From assembly GCA_043825735.1 (NCBI GenBank), contig JBDRRP010000068.1, forward strand, positions 62,001 through 126,000: a DNA stretch of 64,000 nucleotides, written 5' to 3'. Below the pieces are notes generated by a model. It had not been told where the DNA came from and ran no database searches. It worked only from the letters and a program-made list of their open reading frames with translations. Shown here piece by piece: positions 60,248 to 64,000 of this stretch. This stretch comes from Pseudomonadota bacterium. GTDB lineage: Bacteria; Desulfobacterota; Desulfobacteria; Desulfobacterales; JBDRRP01. Both the position numbers and the translations under genes were made by a program. Position 1 is the stretch's first letter. Each line of letters opens with the position of its first letter.

Positions 60248-60290
60248 TTGACAAGAAAGGTGCCGCAAAGCTACAGGTTACATTGTAGCT
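60248..60290 (+). promoter_or_regulatory. Promoter of the had-oah operon with a palindromic operator
   Basis: TTGACA at 60248; half-site AGCTACA at 60269-60275; GGTTACATTGTAGCT at 60276-60290. Confidence 0.65.
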
Positions 60291-60450
60291 AAATTATAAC
60301 TCCCACTCCATTTCAGGCAGCGATCGACAGCGTGTTTCCCGAACAGATGATGGCCTGGCCAAGGGACCTGGCTCAATCGGCAGGGCCAGTCGTTCAGGAC
60401 CGGCAGTTCTTCAATAGTTTTTCAATGACAAGGAATTGAAGGAGGCGTCC

Positions 60451-61554
60451 ATGCCCACAGTACCTGACAAAATACTCACCTGGCAGATGGTTCAACCGAC
60501 GGTCCGCAACAAGGAGACCGGGGCGATCACACCCGGGAAGCTGGAAAAGAAAGAGATTCCGGTCCCGGAGCTCGCCTCCGGAGAAGTCCTGGTGGAAGTG
60601 GCCGGATGCGGCGTCTGCCATACCGATCTGGGCTATTTCTACGACGGCGTTCCCACAGTCTGCGCGCCCCCCCTGACCCTGGGGCATGAAATTTCCGGTA
60701 CGGTGGTGGCCGGTGATGCTGCATGGATCGGAAAGGAAGTGCTGGTTCCGGCGGTGATGCCGTGCCGCCAGTGCTACCTGTGCAAAACCCGGCGAGGCAA
60801 CCGGTGTTTGAACCAGAAAATGCCGGGCAACAGCATCGGCATTTATGGCGGTTTTTCCAGTCACATTCCAGTGCCGAGCATCGATCTATGTGAAATCGGC
60901 GACCGGGGTGACATCCCCCTGGAGCACCTGGCCGTGGTGGCCGATGCCGGTACAACGCCCTTCCAGGCGGCCCGGCGGTCGGGTCTTGAAATCGGCGACA
61001 ATGTCATCGTCATCGGGGTGGGCGGGGTCGGTCAGTACATGGTTCAGACCGCCAAGGCCATGGGGGCCGGAACCGTGGTCGCCGTGGACATTGATGCGGC
61101 CCGGCTCGAAAAAATGCTGAGTCATGGCGCGGATTTTGTCATCGATGTGACGGGAAAAACGCCAAAGGATATCTCCGGCGAGCTCAAGGGTATCCGAAAG
61201 AAAAAGGGCCTGCCCGCCTACGGATGGAAGATCTTCGAGGTGACCGGATCAAAACCCGGACAGGAACTGGCTCTGAATTTGTTGAGCTTTACGGGAAAAC
61301 TCATCATCGTCGGCTTCGGCATGCAGAAGGTGGAATACTCCATCAGTCGGCTCATGGCCTTCGACGCCGAGATCATCGGCACCTGGGGGTGTTTGCCCGA
61401 GTACTATCCCCAGGTCCTCGAGATGGTGCTGTCGGGCAAGATCGCCCTGGCCCCCTTCGTTCAGACCCGGCCCATGAGCACCATTGCCGAAGCCTTCGAA
61501 GAGGCGCACCGGAAATCGCCGGATCAGCGGATCATTCTGGTGCCCGATTTCTGA
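60451..61554 (+). CDS. had: 6-hydroxycyclohex-1-ene-1-carbonyl-CoA dehydrogenase (Had/BamQ/BzdX)
   Basis: Zn-ADH motifs GCGVCHTDLGY.YDGV, LGHEISG, VMPC..C..C, QKMPGN, VVADA.TTP and G.WGC.PEYYP. Confidence 0.93.
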   Translation: MPTVPDKILTWQMVQPTVRNKETGAITPGKLEKKEIPVPELASGEVLVEVAGCGVCHTDLGYFYDGVPTVCAPPLTLGHEISGTVVAGDAAWIGKEVLVPAVMPCRQCYLCKTRRGNRCLNQKMPGNSIGIYGGFSSHIPVPSIDLCEIGDRGDIPLEHLAVVADAGTTPFQAARRSGLEIGDNVIVIGVGGVGQYMVQTAKAMGAGTVVAVDIDAARLEKMLSHGADFVIDVTGKTPKDISGELKGIRKKKGLPAYGWKIFEVTGSKPGQELALNLLSFTGKLIIVGFGMQKVEYSISRLMAFDAEIIGTWGCLPEYYPQVLEMVLSGKIALAPFVQTRPMSTIAEAFEEAHRKSPDQRIILVPDF

Positions 61555-61611
61555 TACCTTTTTGATCGCTCTGGATTGCCGGCAGCGGCTTTCCCGACAA
61601 AGTCCTTTTTT

Positions 61612-61698
61612 ACCACGAAGAACACGAAGCGCACGAAGAACACCCTAACAACGATTTGAGTCGAAAATCTTCGTGTCCTTCGTGAACTTCGTGGTTTA
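61612..61698. repeat. 9-mer periodic palindromic intergenic element (cacgaag family)
   Basis: accacgaagaacacgaagcgcacgaag ... cttcgtgtccttcgtgaacttcgtggt. Confidence 0.85.
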
Positions 61699-61760
61699 TC
61701 AAAACATTGAACCTTCCGCTTCGACGGCGGGAAAGCACAATTTAACCAAGGAGAATGAAC

Positions 61761-62903
61761 ATGGCCCTGGAATGGATGCCCAGAGAAAACGGTGAAAAGG
61801 ACCACTTGATCCATGATGACAAACACTGGGGGCGCGACGCGGACGCCCCCTGTGTGGTCTATGAAAAACGCCCCCTGATCGATCCCAAAGGTCAGCCGGT
61901 GGAGGGATTGAGCGTCGCCTGGATTCGGCTCAACAATCCCAGGCAGTACAACTCCTACACCACCGAGATGGTCAAGGGGGTGATTGCCGGATTCGAGAAC
62001 GCGTCGGTGGATCGCGGTGTGGTGGCGACCGTCTTTACCGGCACCGGTCCCTATGCCTTCTGCACGGGCGGAAACACCAAGGAATACAGCGAATTCTACA
62101 GCCGCAGACCCGATGAGTACGGTCAGTACATGGAGCTGTTCAATCACATGGTCGACGCCATCCTCGGGTGCAAGAAACCGACCATCTGCCGGGTCAACGG
62201 CATGCGGGTGGCCGGCGGCCAGGAGATCGGAATGGCCTGCGATATCACCCTGAGCTCGGACCTGGCCATCTACGGTCAGGCCGGCCCCAAGCACGGGTCC
62301 GCGCCGGACGGCGGCAGCACCGATTTTCTGCCCTGGTACCTGGGCATGGAGGACGCCATGTGGAACTGCGTCTCCTGCGAGATGTGGTCCGCCTACAAGA
62401 TGAAAATGAAGGGGCTGATCAGCAAATGCGTACCGGTGCTCAAGGTAAACGGCAAATGGGTGAGAAACCCCACGATCGTCACTGATACCTATCTTAACGA
62501 CGGCGAGATCGTCTACGGTGAGTACAAGACGGGCGATGCCATGACGGCGGGGCGCGATTTCCTCAAACAGCACCAGGCCGATGCCGACTTCGAACTTCTG
62601 GACAAGGAGGTCGACAAGATCATCTGGCAATTCGCCAATCTCTTTCCTGGATGCCTGATCAAATCCATCGACGGCATCCGCATGAAGAAGAAATATTTTT
62701 GGGACATCTGCAAGAACGGCAACCGGCACTGGCTGGCAGCCAACATGTCAGGTGAGGCCTTCCTGGGCTTTGGCGCATTCAATACCAAGAAAATCACCGG
62801 CACCGATACGGTGGACTTCATCAAGTTCCGCCAGAACATCGCCGCCTGCCGGACCTGGGACATGGAGATGTTCGCCGAAGTGATGGGCCGACCGAAAGAA
62901 TAG
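61761..62903 (+). CDS. oah: 6-oxocyclohex-1-ene-1-carbonyl-CoA hydrolase (Oah/BamA/BzdY)
   Basis: NP.QYNSYTT, AFCTGGNTKEY, RVNGMR..GGQEIGMACD and QAGPKHGSAP.GG.TDFLP motifs. Confidence 0.96.
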   Translation: MALEWMPRENGEKDHLIHDDKHWGRDADAPCVVYEKRPLIDPKGQPVEGLSVAWIRLNNPRQYNSYTTEMVKGVIAGFENASVDRGVVATVFTGTGPYAFCTGGNTKEYSEFYSRRPDEYGQYMELFNHMVDAILGCKKPTICRVNGMRVAGGQEIGMACDITLSSDLAIYGQAGPKHGSAPDGGSTDFLPWYLGMEDAMWNCVSCEMWSAYKMKMKGLISKCVPVLKVNGKWVRNPTIVTDTYLNDGEIVYGEYKTGDAMTAGRDFLKQHQADADFELLDKEVDKIIWQFANLFPGCLIKSIDGIRMKKKYFWDICKNGNRHWLAANMSGEAFLGFGAFNTKKITGTDTVDFIKFRQNIAACRTWDMEMFAEVMGRPKE

Positions 62904-62992
62904 CGCCCCTAACTGTGCTGGCAGCTCAATGGGAAAACAAAACCGGCGCATTTACAATAATCAAGTTTATTTTACCCGTGACTCTGAATGAG

Positions 62993-63083
62993 AACCACGA
63001 AGAACACGAAGTTCACGAAGGGAAACCACAAAAAGCAAGTGGCGTAGAAAACCTTCGTGTCCTTCGTGAACTTCGTGGTGATC
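62993..63083. repeat. 9-mer periodic palindromic intergenic element (cacgaag family)
   Basis: accacgaagaacacgaagttcacgaag ... tagaaaaccttcgtgtccttcgtgaacttcgtggtgat. Confidence 0.85.
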
Positions 63084-63134
63084 AAAAAATCGGGGGTTAC
63101 GATACAGCAGCTTTGAGCTAACGAGGAGGACGAG

Positions 63135-64000
63135 ATGGGAAAAGTGGGAATCATCGGGGTCGGCCAGAGCCGGTTCGTCAGGGCCTACCCCGGTTCCGTT
63201 CGCGAACTGGCCTTTGAGGCCTACCAGGAGGCCATGGCCGATGCGAAAATGACCGCGGGCGATATCGACGCCACGGTGATCTGTTCGGCGCCCGAATACG
63301 ACAAGCAGCGGTCACCGGCCGGTGTGATTGCCGAGTATCTGGGCCTGAACCCCCAGCCGACGTTCTATGCCGAAACCCTGTGCTCTTCGGGCAGCACCGG
63401 TCTCAAGCTGGCCTACGCCCTGGTCGCATCCGGTTTGCATCAGGCCGTCATGGTCATCGGGTTCCAGATTATGAGCCAGATCTCCTCGGAGGAATCCCAG
63501 GAGCGGATGGGCCGCGGGGCGGACATTCAATGGGAGTCGCCCTTCGGGACCATGATGCCCGCCTACTATGCCATGCACGCCCAGGCGCATATGGCCAAGT
63601 TCGGCACGACGCCGGAGGATCTGGCCCGGGTTCGGATCAAATCGGCCCTTTACAGCCAGTTCAACGACAAGGCGATGATCCGGAAACCGGCGAGCCTGGA
63701 TCAGTTCCAGGACCCGGAGCATTTTTTTTCCGGTCCGGTGGCCACCCCCCTGAGGGGGGGGGATTGCTGCGCCAATGCCGACGGCAGTTCGTGCGTCATT
63801 GTGGCCAGCGAGAAGGTCGCGCGCGCATTCAGCGACAAGCCGGTCTGGATTCTGGGCCTTGGCGCTGCCTCGGCGCCGGTCAATATGGCCGGCCGCAGCG
63901 ATCTCACCGGTCTTTCCGTGGCCGTCGAGGCCGGACGACAGGCCTATGAGATGGCCGGGATCGGGCCAAACCAGGTGGATGTGGCTGAAGTGCACGACTG
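63135..64000 (+). CDS. SCP2/archaeal-type thiolase (3' end runs off the window)
   Basis: Manual translation: MGKVGIIGVGQSRF...ETLCSSGS...DCCANADG...DVAEVHD; gaggagg SD. Confidence 0.88.
   Translation, partial: MGKVGIIGVGQSRFVRAYPGSVRELAFEAYQEAMADAKMTAGDIDATVICSAPEYDKQRSPAGVIAEYLGLNPQPTFYAETLCSSGSTGLKLAYALVASGLHQAVMVIGFQIMSQISSEESQERMGRGADIQWESPFGTMMPAYYAMHAQAHMAKFGTTPEDLARVRIKSALYSQFNDKAMIRKPASLDQFQDPEHFFSGPVATPLRGGDCCANADGSSCVIVASEKVARAFSDKPVWILGLGAASAPVNMAGRSDLTGLSVAVEAGRQAYEMAGIGPNQVDVAEVHD

Noticed and set aside
61612..61698. CRISPR array interpretation of the cacgaag repeats
   Set aside because: Units are 9 nt, tandem and inverted, with no unique spacers and no cas genes.

Overview
GC-rich bacterial window, most consistent with a sulfate-reducing Desulfobacterales-type organism (inferred from gene content and intergenic repeat style). 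It has three parts. (1) 1-11.9 kb: housekeeping genes (tatA/B, mltA, rmuC, moaC/moaE/mobA/moaB, nadB, dnaJ, queD). (2) About 11.9-15.1 kb: a decayed accessory patch with a MITE-like element, a Fic C-terminal fragment and an internally deleted primase-helicase gene, followed by a caspase-domain lipoprotein. (3) About 17.2-64 kb: a large anaerobic aromatic-acid catabolic region. It contains a TRAP transporter, two GNAT acetyltransferases, an ACT protein, an HK-HK-RR signalling set, an IclR-preceded 4-hydroxybenzoyl-CoA-reductase-like molybdoenzyme with cofactor-maturation genes, and a second WD40-caspase lipoprotein. It also has four acyl-CoA ligases, a lone 2-hydroxyacyl-CoA-dehydratase/class-I-reductase-type subunit with one activator, panE-like, paaK-like and iorAB genes, and the lower benzoyl-CoA pathway (dch, had, oah, beta-oxidation enzymes, thiolases). 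The best sequence-level observations are a 15-bp palindrome (AGYTACAWTGTARCT) in four promoters of the aromatic region, paired IclR-type operators, two apparent microhomology-joined deletions, and families of 9-mer and 7-mer periodic palindromic intergenic elements. All functional calls come from motif recognition only; no database searches were run.
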